A DNA stretch of 64,000 nt from assembly GCA_963777505.1 (NCBI GenBank), contig CAVZQN010000004.1:1632001-1696000 (forward strand). The letters run 5' to 3'. The position numbers were made by a program, and so were the translations under genes. Shown here piece by piece: positions 37,682 through 46,898 of this stretch. The stretch is from an uncultured bacterium. GTDB lineage: Bacteria; Acidobacteriota; HRBIN11; JAKEFK01. Below the pieces are notes generated by a model that did no database searches, was not told where the DNA came from, and saw nothing but the letters and a program-made list of their open reading frames with translations. How positions within the stretch are numbered: position 1 is the first letter of the stretch; every line of letters begins with the position of its first letter.

Positions 37682-39112
37682 CTATTCAACGGGCACAGGA
37701 GGCGGACCGTCAGGAATATATCCTTTATAAACAACGTTGCCTTTGCGTTCCACGAAATCCTTTTTGATTTCATCCCGTTGTTGCGGGCTCAAATAAAGAT
37801 CGATCATTGTAGCCGCCATCGCTTTCGATGCATACATCATTCCTTTGTGGCCGATCGACATCCCACCGGCAGCCACAACAGGCCATGCGTGCCATGGTGC
37901 TTCGGCTGGAGCAGTAACTACGCAAAGATGAAGTGTTGGAATGTTCCAACTCACATCTGCAACATCAGTTGATCCGCCTTCAGGTTCACCTGGAGCATTT
38001 GCGACCGGAGTAATCTTTTCATCCAAACCAATTTCCTTTCCGCCTGCTTCTTTTTGGATCTTGCGCGCAAACGCATGTTCTTCTTCGGTAAAATCGGGCG
38101 GTCCTAGCCACTGCAAATTTGCATCGAGCAATTTTGCGCCCGGCATATTTACGAGGATTTCTGGAGAACCGGCTTGCACGGTAAATTTCATTTCAACACC
38201 GGCTGCCATTGCTGCGCCTTCAGCTACTTTTTTTACACGCTCCAAAAGTTCATCCACTCTGACTTTTTTTGAGTCACGTACCCAGCACCATAACCTCGCA
38301 TATTCAGGGACAACATTCGGAACATCCCCTCCTTTCTGGATCGCGTAATGAATGCGAACGGAAGGCCGTACATGTTCCCGCATTAAATTCAAAGCGTGAG
38401 TAAACAATTCCAAACCATCTACCGCGCTTTTGCCATTCCATGGATCGAATGCAGCATGGGAAGTTTTACCAAAAAATTCAACCCTGAAATCAGCCATCGC
38501 CTGGCTGCTATCGGTATCAGCCTTTGTTTCAGAATCGGGATGCCATGCAACAGCAATATCGACATCCTTAAAAAGGCCTTCACGAATCATGTAGGCTTTG
38601 CCGCCGACTGATTCTTCTGCCGGAGTTCCATAGAAGCGGATCGTTCCTTTTAGCTTTCCAGCCTGAATCAGATCTTTGATTGCAAGCGCTGATCCCAAAC
38701 TTGCGACGCCGAATAAGTTATGGCCACATCCATGTCCACCTGCACCTTCTGCCAACGCTTCCTTATGCGGAGTCGCTTTTTGAGAAATTCCGGGAAGTGC
38801 ATCATATTCGCCAAGAATTGCAATGATGGGACGTCCTTCCCCAAATTCTGCAATAAAAGCTGTCGGCATTTGCGCTACGCCGCGAGTCACTCGAAAACCA
38901 TTTTTTTCAGCATAATCGGAAAGAAGTTTTGCCGATTTTGTTTCTTTTAAAGCGGTTTCAGCAAAGGCCCAGATTTGATCGCTCATCGCGGTCATTTCAT
39001 TTGTTCTTTTTACAATACTTTCAACGGCTGATTTTTTCAGCGCTTCATCTGCGAACAGAAAATTTACAAACAACGAAATTACAAAGACCTGGCTTAAGAT
39101 TTTGATTTTCAT
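37682..39112 (-). CDS. M20-family amidohydrolase (AbgB-like) with signal peptide
   Basis: GEYDALPG, GHGCGHN, GTPAEE, WHP, GGSTDV.DVSW. N-terminal hydrophobic signal. Confidence 0.9.
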   Translation of the reverse strand: MKIKILSQVFVISLFVNFLFADEALKKSAVESIVKRTNEMTAMSDQIWAFAETALKETKSAKLLSDYAEKNGFRVTRGVAQMPTAFIAEFGEGRPIIAILGEYDALPGISQKATPHKEALAEGAGGHGCGHNLFGVASLGSALAIKDLIQAGKLKGTIRFYGTPAEESVGGKAYMIREGLFKDVDIAVAWHPDSETKADTDSSQAMADFRVEFFGKTSHAAFDPWNGKSAVDGLELFTHALNLMREHVRPSVRIHYAIQKGGDVPNVVPEYARLWCWVRDSKKVRVDELLERVKKVAEGAAMAAGVEMKFTVQAGSPEILVNMPGAKLLDANLQWLGPPDFTEEEHAFARKIQKEAGGKEIGLDEKITPVANAPGEPEGGSTDVADVSWNIPTLHLCVVTAPAEAPWHAWPVVAAGGMSIGHKGMMYASKAMAATMIDLYLSPQQRDEIKKDFVERKGNVVYKGYIPDGPPPVPVE

Positions 39113-39176
39113 CGTGTGTGTTTTTCCCCCATGCTCTTCTTGTGGCAAGAACGTTCGTACTACTATGCACCGCGAA

Positions 39177-40541
39177 CTATTTTATGTACACGGTTTTGAT
39201 GTTGACGAATTCACGGATTCCGTACGATGACAATTCACGTCCGTATCCGGATTCTTTTACCCCGCCGAAAGGCAAACGGGGATCGGATTTGACAAAAGTA
39301 TTAACGAAACAGGCACCTGCTTCAAACTTTTCTGCTGCTATATTTTCACCACGCTTTATGTCGCGTGTAAATACAGCCGCTCCAAGTCCGAATTCTGAAT
39401 CATTTGCAACTCGAATCGCTTCTGCTTCACTTTCAACAGGAATGATTGCGGCAACAGGCCCGAACAACTCTTCATCGTATGCAGGCATCCCTTTTTTTAC
39501 GTCTGTTAACACTGTCGGTTCATAGTATGCGCCTTCACGATCGGGAATTGTTCCACCCAGCAGCAAGCGAGCCCCTTTTTCGACACTGATCACCACTTGA
39601 CGATGCAACGCATTCCGCAAATCAATTCGAGCTTGCGGACCCAAATCGACGCCTTCTTCAAGTGGATTGCCCATCTTCTTGGATTTCATTTTCTCGACGA
39701 ACATTTCTTCAAAGCGATTTCGAATTTCGTTGACTACGATAAAACGCTTAGCAGCGATGCAGCTCTGTCCGCCATTAATCAAACGAGAAGTCACGCAAGT
39801 ATCCACAGCCAGATCAAGATCGGCATCTTTTAGAATGACATAAGGATCACTGCCGCCAAGTTCTAACACTGTTTTCTTCATGACTGAGCCGGCTTTTGAT
39901 GCAACCGATTTTCCTGCAGGTGTACTTCCCGTGAGCGTAACCGCTTTGACATAAGGATGTTCAATAATGTTTGCGACGACCTGGTTATTCACAAGAACAG
40001 TACGGAAAAGATTTTCCGGAAACTCAGCATTGCGAAAAATTTCTTCAATAGCCAACGCGCAGCCAGGAACATTGGAAGCATGTTTTAGGATTCCGGCATT
40101 TCCTGCCATTAATCCAGGAGCAGCGAAACGAAAAACCTGCCAGAACGGAAAATTCCATGGCATGACCGCGAGCACGATTCCCAACGGATTAAATGCTACA
40201 TAGCTGCGAGAAGCATCGGTATCCACTAATTCCGGAGATAGAAATTTTTCCGCATTCTCAGCATAATATTCGCAGCACCACGCGCATTTTTCCGCCTCAG
40301 CCCGGCCTTGAGCGAGCGGTTTTCCCATTTCATCAGCCATCAGGCGTGCATACTTTTCCTTGCCTTCTTTCAGCAGCTTTGCTGCTGCTTTCATTTTCTT
40401 GCTGCGTTCACTAAAAGTGGATCCTTTCCAACCTTCATAAGCTTTCTGTGTATTTTCCAGGATCGATTCAATTTCTTCCCACGTCATCTCATCATATTTA
40501 TTGATGACCTGATTTGTTGCCGGATTAATGACTTCAATCAT
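39177..40541 (-). CDS. NAD(P)-dependent succinate-semialdehyde dehydrogenase-like ALDH (Sad/GabD1 type)
   Basis: MPWNFPFWQ, LTGS, LELGGSDP, GQSCIAAKR, EELFGP, PFGGVKESGYGRE. Confidence 0.92.
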   Translation of the reverse strand: MIEVINPATNQVINKYDEMTWEEIESILENTQKAYEGWKGSTFSERSKKMKAAAKLLKEGKEKYARLMADEMGKPLAQGRAEAEKCAWCCEYYAENAEKFLSPELVDTDASRSYVAFNPLGIVLAVMPWNFPFWQVFRFAAPGLMAGNAGILKHASNVPGCALAIEEIFRNAEFPENLFRTVLVNNQVVANIIEHPYVKAVTLTGSTPAGKSVASKAGSVMKKTVLELGGSDPYVILKDADLDLAVDTCVTSRLINGGQSCIAAKRFIVVNEIRNRFEEMFVEKMKSKKMGNPLEEGVDLGPQARIDLRNALHRQVVISVEKGARLLLGGTIPDREGAYYEPTVLTDVKKGMPAYDEELFGPVAAIIPVESEAEAIRVANDSEFGLGAAVFTRDIKRGENIAAEKFEAGACFVNTFVKSDPRLPFGGVKESGYGRELSSYGIREFVNIKTVYIK

Positions 40542-40581
40542 GATGATTCTCCTTCATTGCGTCTTTGCGGTTGAGCTAAGA

Positions 40582-42614
40582 CTAAATCCCGTACTTGTCG
40601 GAATTCCAGCTAATTTTCAATTCGCTAGGTGGCGCCATATATCCGGCCATTGCGGAGGCAGCAACAACGGCAGGGCTTGCGAGATATCCTTCGCCTCCGA
40701 CACCCATACGGTTTTGCCAATTCCGATTAAATGAAGTGATTGCACGCTGTCCGGCTTTCAAAGAATCGGGGCCTTGACCAAAACATGGACCACACCACGA
40801 ATCTCGAATTTGTCCGCCAACAGAACGGAACACTTCTGCGATTGATTCGCCTCCCAGGCGTGGATCGGATACTTCAATCGCTTTTTTTACGCCTCCGGAC
40901 CCTGGGAAAATGACAAGATCGCGTGCAGTCTTGTTTAATCCCGCTCGTCTTGCTGCATGAATTACAAAAGCGGCTTGTAATAGATCATCGTAACTGCCAT
41001 TTGTACAAGAACCAATGTAAGCCTTATCAAATGGAAGTTTTTCTTGCGCAACTTCCTCCGCTGGAAACGCATTGCCAGGGCTGTAGGGTTTGGCGATCAT
41101 CGGAACAACTTCGGTAAGATCAATCATTTCATCGATCTCATAAAAAGCTTCTGCGCCAGGCTGCAAAGGAGGGTAGGGAAGTTGGGTCAATCCTTTTTGG
41201 CGATACCACTCGTAGGTTAATTCGTCCGGCGCAAAAATGCCGTTTTGTGCTTCTCCTTCTGCCATCATATTTGCAATTGTGTTTCTGTACGCGATTGGCA
41301 ATTGTTTTTCGCGATCAACAAATTCAACTGACATTCCTTGAGATTGTGCGGCACCCCAACGTTCTAATAATTTCAAAACAATATCTTTACCACTGACCCA
41401 TGCTTGTAGTTTTCCTGAAAAGATGACACGTCGCGCGCGCGCAAGTGTGAAGTAGACATATCCAGTTGACCAGCCGAATCCAAGAGTTGTGGACCCAACT
41501 CCAAATCCTACTGCTCCATACGCTCCATATGCGCGGCTGTGTGAATCTGCTCCCGGGATGAATTGTCCAGGATAAACAAGTCCTTGTTCTGGAAAATAAA
41601 AATGGAAAATGCCGTCTCCGGGATCGGCATAATATGGCTTTTTGATATTTTGAGCTTTTGCAAACTCTTTTGAAATTGCAGTTTGCTTATCATCTTCCGC
41701 TTTTCCAGTAAATACGAAATGATCGTTTGCAATCGCAGCTTGTCGTGGATAAATCGCATGACCGCCTGTGATTTGATTAAACGTATGAATTGAAAAGGGA
41801 CCGGTACCATCGGAAGCGGGCAATAAATCCGCATAAACGCGCAATGTAGCGCCTGGTTTAACTTCGGCATCTTTATCGACACGATGTGCCCAGACGATCT
41901 GTTCGGTTGTTGTCATTTTGCGCGCTGTATCAGCGTCAGGCCAAATAATTTCGGGCTTGCGTTTAACGGAACCTGGAAATTCTCTTCGGCCTAATGCGAA
42001 GATTCCACCGGTCCGACGGATCTCATCTTCTTTTGGTGTTAGCGGAAGTGGATCATAGCTTTTTCCGCGAGTTTCATTCGTCAGTTTACGGCTGGATGGT
42101 ATCAAACAAAAATTCATCTCCGTCTTGCGCATCTTCTACAGCTTCCGGAGATTGAATTACATGTAATCCAAGATTGAATGCATTCCGGCGAAAAATGTCG
42201 CCCATATTGTTGGAGCAAATGATGACCATTTCAAGTCCGACTTCTTCGGCGACCGCTTTGAGCCCTGCGGGGCTCATTTCGCGTGATGATCCAATTCCAA
42301 AACGTTCGCCTGCAATCACAAAAGTTTCTCCACGGTGTACATGCTCACGAAAGTTGGGCATTAAATACTTGAATGCTCCCTCTTTCCATTTTTCATCAAG
42401 TGAATCCAGGCTTTCTGAAACACAAAATTTGGAAGGAGTAATTTGATCGGTGTCGATGGCGTCTAGTTTTTTACCGGGCCTTTTCGGATCCCAAAAAATG
42501 AGAGCCTTCCCGCGAATCGTACGAGCTTCTGTAGAGGCGCTTCCAGTCTTCAGACTGTATCAAAGCGTCGACTTGTTTTCCGGGCTTTAGCCGGGCGGGT
42601 AATATTATATGCAT
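40582..42614 (-). CDS. Aconitase-family hydratase with N-terminal LeuD-like swivel domain fused to a LeuC-like Fe-S domain (indels near 42530 and 42100)
   Basis: AIDTDQITP, FGIGSSRE, IFRRNAFNLGL followed by DH, GADSH, IGSCTNG, CGPCFG, NRNWQNRMG, LASP. Frames join at FD-PSSRKLTN. Confidence 0.8.
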
Positions 42615-42635
42615 AGTACTATTTACTTAGTATAG

Positions 42636-42731
42636 TTTGTAGTAAGGCGCGCTGTCGTCGAAGGCGACAGTGCCGTGAATCATTTTTACGAAACTGCCTC
42701 ACATTCGTTCGGCTGCGTGCCTTACTACAAA
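42636..42731. repeat. GTAG-type REP doublet / miniature inverted element
   Basis: Terminal inverted repeat tttgtagtaaggcgcgc ... gcgtgccttactacaaa (16 of 17 complementary) with an internal hairpin ctgtcg-N-cgacag. Confidence 0.7.
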
Positions 42732-42759
42732 GATGTTACGTTGTTCTCAGAATCCAATC

Positions 42760-43137
42760 TTAAATGTTGAAATCAGAACGATTCCGGCTCAGCTCAACAC
42801 CGACATACTGAAAACGCCCCTCAATCGGAGGGTTCATCTTCTTCACACGTAAATGAATCCGCTCCGCGACTGTGTTTTTGAAAATTTGCTCAAATAGATA
42901 ATAAGCAAATGCCTCTAAAAGCTTAAATTGCACTTTAGCTGAATGATCCAGAATCATATCGATGACCTTGCTATAGTTAACGGTATCTTCAAGCTGATCG
43001 CTTTTGCCAGCTTTCGATAGATCAAAAAAAAGTGCGACATCTACTTCGCAATTTCGTCGGACTTCCTGTTCTTCCTTGCGCACGCCAACCCGTACGGAGC
43101 AGTGAAGCCCTTTAATTACAATTTTGTCCTGAATCAT
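42760..43137 (-). CDS. folB: Dihydroneopterin aldolase
   Basis: DKIVIKGL....VGV..EE, AGKSDQLEDTVNY, FKLLE, VKK..PPI......VGVEL.R. Confidence 0.9.
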   Translation of the reverse strand: MIQDKIVIKGLHCSVRVGVRKEEQEVRRNCEVDVALFFDLSKAGKSDQLEDTVNYSKVIDMILDHSAKVQFKLLEAFAYYLFEQIFKNTVAERIHLRVKKMNPPIEGRFQYVGVELSRNRSDFNI

Positions 43138-43200
43138 GATCTATCTTTCGAGCGAAACCGAATCTCCCCGTGAAAGTGAAGGAAAATGTTATTGAACACC

Positions 43201-43485
43201 CTAATGTTTGTCAACATGAGATACTGAAGATGTTTCTTCTGCATCCAGTGTTAATGCCTTCCAGCGTTCTTTCAGCATTTCAGTTGTCAGCGATGAAAGA
43301 ATGATATGCCCGCTATCGGTAATGACTACACTTCGTGTATGCCTTCCTGCAGTAGCATCAATCAGCTTCCCAATTTCATCGGCTTCCTGCTGCCATCTCC
43401 GGCCGGCCGGCGTTTTCAGTGCATAAATTTGGCGTACCCGCGCGGCCACCACAGCGTTCCCAAACCCAATCCTCAACATTCTCAT
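43201..43485 (-). CDS. RemA/DUF370-family regulator
   Basis: L.IGFGN.V...R, LIDATAGR.TRSVVITDSGHIILS. Start at MRMLRIG, with TATACT 7 nt upstream. Confidence 0.85.
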   Translation of the reverse strand: MRMLRIGFGNAVVAARVRQIYALKTPAGRRWQQEADEIGKLIDATAGRHTRSVVITDSGHIILSSLTTEMLKERWKALTLDAEETSSVSHVDKH

Positions 43486-43543
43486 ACGTTCAAGTATAAG
43501 CTCCGGTCTCTGCGGTTCAAAATAAAGAAGATACAATGATGGA

Positions 43544-44464
43544 ATGAGTGATCTGCCATTCATCATTGTCAACCCGAAGTCAGGAAAAGGTTTATCGGAG
43601 CGGCAATGGGCTTCATTAACGATTAAGCTCCGTGAAAATCTGGGACCATTTGATTTTGGTTTAACGCGTGGTGTTGGTGACGCAACTCGAATTGCCGAAG
43701 CGGAAGCAAAAAGCGGACGTCGCTTGATTGTTGCAATGGGTGGAGATGGCACGATCTCGGAAGTTGCTACCGGGATTTTACGTTCAGGCCGAAATTCTGA
43801 ACTCGGAATCTTGCCGCATGGAACGGGAGGCGATTTACGCAGGAGTCTTGATTTTCCAACAGATCTTGCAAAAGCCGCAAGAAGACTACGGAAAGGAGAA
43901 TCTCGAAGTGTGGATATTGGCCGATTAACATATGTCGATCATGATGGGAAGGAAGCTTTGCGATATTTTGTAAACACGGCATCTTTCGGGATGAGTGGTA
44001 AGGTCGCAAGAAGAGCCAATCGATCGTCAAAACGCCTCGGTGGAAAAGTTAGTTTTGCTGTTGCGAGTCTTCATACAACTCTAACCGAATCCAATTCAGA
44101 AGTGTATTTGCATATTGATCAGCAGGAAAAGCGCAGGCTAAAAGTTGTTTCAATCTGCGTTGCAAATGGCCGGTTTTGGGGCGGCGGTATGAAGGTTGCG
44201 CCGGATGCGAAATTAAATGATGGAAAGTTTGATGTTGTCATTATTGGTGACTTTGGTTTGATGGAAATTCTTACGAAGTCGTATCGATTGTATTCAGGAA
44301 CTCATTTAAAGCTGGATAAAGTTGGATTCACACAAGCGAGTCGAATCGAGGCTTCGCCAGTGAATGGAAGTGAAGCCGTAATGCTGGAAGTTGATGGTGA
44401 AACGCCAGGTCGTTTGCCTGCAACATTTGAATTAATACCCTCTGCGCTAAAAATTCGATGTTGA
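43544..44464 (+). CDS. Diacylglycerol-kinase-family lipid kinase (YegS/DgkB-like)
   Basis: IVNPKSG, GGDGTISEV, LP.GTGGD, ANG.FWGGGM.VAPDA...DG, EVDGE. Confidence 0.92.
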   Translation: MSDLPFIIVNPKSGKGLSERQWASLTIKLRENLGPFDFGLTRGVGDATRIAEAEAKSGRRLIVAMGGDGTISEVATGILRSGRNSELGILPHGTGGDLRRSLDFPTDLAKAARRLRKGESRSVDIGRLTYVDHDGKEALRYFVNTASFGMSGKVARRANRSSKRLGGKVSFAVASLHTTLTESNSEVYLHIDQQEKRRLKVVSICVANGRFWGGGMKVAPDAKLNDGKFDVVIIGDFGLMEILTKSYRLYSGTHLKLDKVGFTQASRIEASPVNGSEAVMLEVDGETPGRLPATFELIPSALKIRC

Positions 44465-44466
44465 TT

Positions 44467-44491
44467 GTAGGGGCGGGTCTAAGACCCGCCC
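44467..44491 (+). repeat. GTAG-type REP
   Basis: GTAG-GGGCGGGTCT-A-AGACCCGCCC hairpin. Confidence 0.75.
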
Positions 44492-44539
44492 GTACTCCCC
44501 ACGAGGTCTTTCGTTTTCCTGTGTGATAATACGGCCAAC

Positions 44540-45871
44540 ATGTCTACAACCCTGGCTCGATCGTTGCGAGCAACGGAATATTTCACACTTGCTTTTGGAA
44601 CCATGGTTGGTGTGGGCTGGCTGATCTTGATCGATGATTGGCTGTCGCGAGGCGGACCTGGCGGCGCGATGCTCGGTTTTTTTGTGGGAGGTCTCGCTCT
44701 TGTTCCGGTCGCATATGTTTATGGCCGTTTTGTTCAAGAAATACCGGGTGCTGCGAGTGAGTTCGCGTATACCTCTACTGTTTTTCCCCGCGCAGGATTC
44801 GTTACAGCATGGATGATGACACTTGCTTACCTGATTGTGTGTCCCTGGGAAGCAGTAGCGATCGGCAAACTCGTTTCATATTTGATTCCATCAGTAAAAA
44901 CGATTGAGTTGTATAGAGTCGGACAATTTTCCGTCTATTTGCCCGCTTTGATTTTAGGGCTTGCGATCACGGCTCTCATCATTTTCTTAAATTATCGCGG
45001 CATTCGATTGAGCGCGCGTTTCTTGAATTACACAACTTTCGCACTACTCGCGTTATTTGGCGTATTTACAGTTGCTGGCTTTTCTAAAATGGAGACTCAA
45101 AATTTGCAGCCATTCTTTGCGCAAGAGTCGTCAAGCCCGTTAATGGGTGCGCTCATCTCAACGATCATGATTTTGCAAATCGTACCTTACTTTCTTACGG
45201 GCTTTGAGTCTGTACCAAAAGCTTCCGAAGAAGCGAATGAAGATTTTGCTCCGCGAGGTTTTTCAAAAGCTATTTATTTAGGTTTGGCTGCGGGTGTTTT
45301 GTTTTATGTTCTTGTGATCTGTGTTGTTAGCGGATTGACTCCCTGGCAGACATTAACTCAAGAACGATACGGAACGGCTGTGGCGTTTAATCGTGCGTTT
45401 GATTCGCCTTTTTTCGGACAAATCATTGTAATCGCTGCAATATTTTCACTGTTGAAAATATTCAATGCCAATTTTCTTGTTGCATCCCGGTTGGTTTATG
45501 CGCTTGGAAGAAGCGGTGTAATCCCAAAACAATTAGGAGCGATTCACAGCGTCTTTCAATCCCCCAAAAATGCAGTGATATTCTGCGGCGTCATTACGAT
45601 TACTGGAGCTTTCTTTGGTGATTCGATTTTGATTCCTGTAACGGAAGTTGGTTCGATGTGCTCAGCATTTGGATGGATGATGACCTGTCTTGCGTTTGCA
45701 CTTTTGAAACGAAATGTAATTGCCTGGATCGGGACGGCTGTTGCTTTTTCCTTTTTGATGTTGAAGTTGATTCCATCTATACCGGGAAGTTTTGGCAAAT
45801 GGGAGTACGTGGCCCTGTTTGGATGGATCGGTTTGGGATTTATATTGAACCGCAGAGGCGCAAAGAGTTAA
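44540..45871 (+). CDS. APC-family amino acid permease
   Basis: FGTMVGVGW, GFES....SEE, ASRLVYALGR.G..P....IH....P. About 12 TM helices. Confidence 0.9.
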   Translation: MSTTLARSLRATEYFTLAFGTMVGVGWLILIDDWLSRGGPGGAMLGFFVGGLALVPVAYVYGRFVQEIPGAASEFAYTSTVFPRAGFVTAWMMTLAYLIVCPWEAVAIGKLVSYLIPSVKTIELYRVGQFSVYLPALILGLAITALIIFLNYRGIRLSARFLNYTTFALLALFGVFTVAGFSKMETQNLQPFFAQESSSPLMGALISTIMILQIVPYFLTGFESVPKASEEANEDFAPRGFSKAIYLGLAAGVLFYVLVICVVSGLTPWQTLTQERYGTAVAFNRAFDSPFFGQIIVIAAIFSLLKIFNANFLVASRLVYALGRSGVIPKQLGAIHSVFQSPKNAVIFCGVITITGAFFGDSILIPVTEVGSMCSAFGWMMTCLAFALLKRNVIAWIGTAVAFSFLMLKLIPSIPGSFGKWEYVALFGWIGLGFILNRRGAKS

Positions 45872-46890
45872 TCGAAGACGCCGGCGCCGAGAAAATTTTT
45901 CCGCAAGTATTCAACCGTATCAAATAATGTTTCGCCAGGATCCCGTGGCACAAATCCGATCTCACGTTGGGCTTTCGAGGAATCGACATACCAGAAATAT
46001 CGTGACATCTCCATGCTTACAGGTTCAACAGGTGGTTCTTTGCCGATCCCATCAAATATGCCTTCAATTATCTTTGATGTAACGCTGTGGAGTTTCTTGT
46101 GAACTTTGAGTCGCGGCGCTTTTACTTTGGTAATTCTTTCAAGGTGCCCGAAAAATCGCTCCAGAGGCCAATTTGGGCCGCCTAACAAATAACGTTCTCC
46201 CGGCTTTCCGCGTTGCATTGCATTGTAAAATGCGGCCGCTGTATCGCGAACATCGACAAAATTAATTCCACCTGATGGAATTGCTGGAATATCTCCGGCT
46301 ATAAACTTCAATACATCCTGCGTTGAGCTGAGTCGATCATCGCCCGGACCTAAAAGCAAACTTGGATTCAGAATCACAAGCTCTACTTGATCGCCGCATG
46401 ATCGGATCGCGGTTCTTTCTTGATACCACTTGCTTGAGTAATACGGAAATTTTGTAATGATCTCTACCGGAACAGGCCACGATTCGTCCGGATTTTCGAA
46501 GCCGTCTTCAGTAATAGCGATCGTACCGCTGCTCGATGCAAGAACAATGCGTCGTACACCTGACGCTTTCGCGGCTTCGCATAACATCCGTGTTCCATCC
46601 ACATGGATTGCATGCATATCACGTGGATCGTCTTTGCTTCGAGAGACTTTGCCGGCGAGATGGTAAATCTGTTGAATATTTTCAACGGCGACTCGAAGAA
46701 TGTCAGGCGAGGTAATGGAACCTTCAATGATTTCAACACCACTTTCATCCAGCCACTTAGGTGGATTTGTTGTTAATACCCTCACATTCTTTTCTTTTTT
46801 GAAACGCAAATAGTCCAGTAGATGTTTTCCAAGAAAACCAGTTCCGCCGGTTACAAGAATCTTATCGCTGGAATGTTTTGAGGCTTTCAT
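45868..46890 (-). CDS. Extended SDR (NAD-dependent epimerase/dehydratase), ElbE-like
   Basis: VTGGTGFLG, HLAG, YYSSK, NP..LLGPGD, VDVRD.A, GERYLLG. Directly downstream of the ElbD-like gene. Confidence 0.85.
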   Translation of the reverse strand: MKASKHSSDKILVTGGTGFLGKHLLDYLRFKKEKNVRVLTTNPPKWLDESGVEIIEGSITSPDILRVAVENIQQIYHLAGKVSRSKDDPRDMHAIHVDGTRMLCEAAKASGVRRIVLASSSGTIAITEDGFENPDESWPVPVEIITKFPYYSSKWYQERTAIRSCGDQVELVILNPSLLLGPGDDRLSSTQDVLKFIAGDIPAIPSGGINFVDVRDTAAAFYNAMQRGKPGERYLLGGPNWPLERFFGHLERITKVKAPRLKVHKKLHSVTSKIIEGIFDGIGKEPPVEPVSMEMSRYFWYVDSSKAQREIGFVPRDPGETLFDTVEYLRKNFLGAGVFD

Positions 46891-46898
46891 TTGATGGT

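Noticed and set aside
43486-43752. Long N-terminal extension of the RemA-like ORF
   Set aside because: Overlaps the opposite-strand lipid kinase, and homology begins at MRMLRIGFGN.
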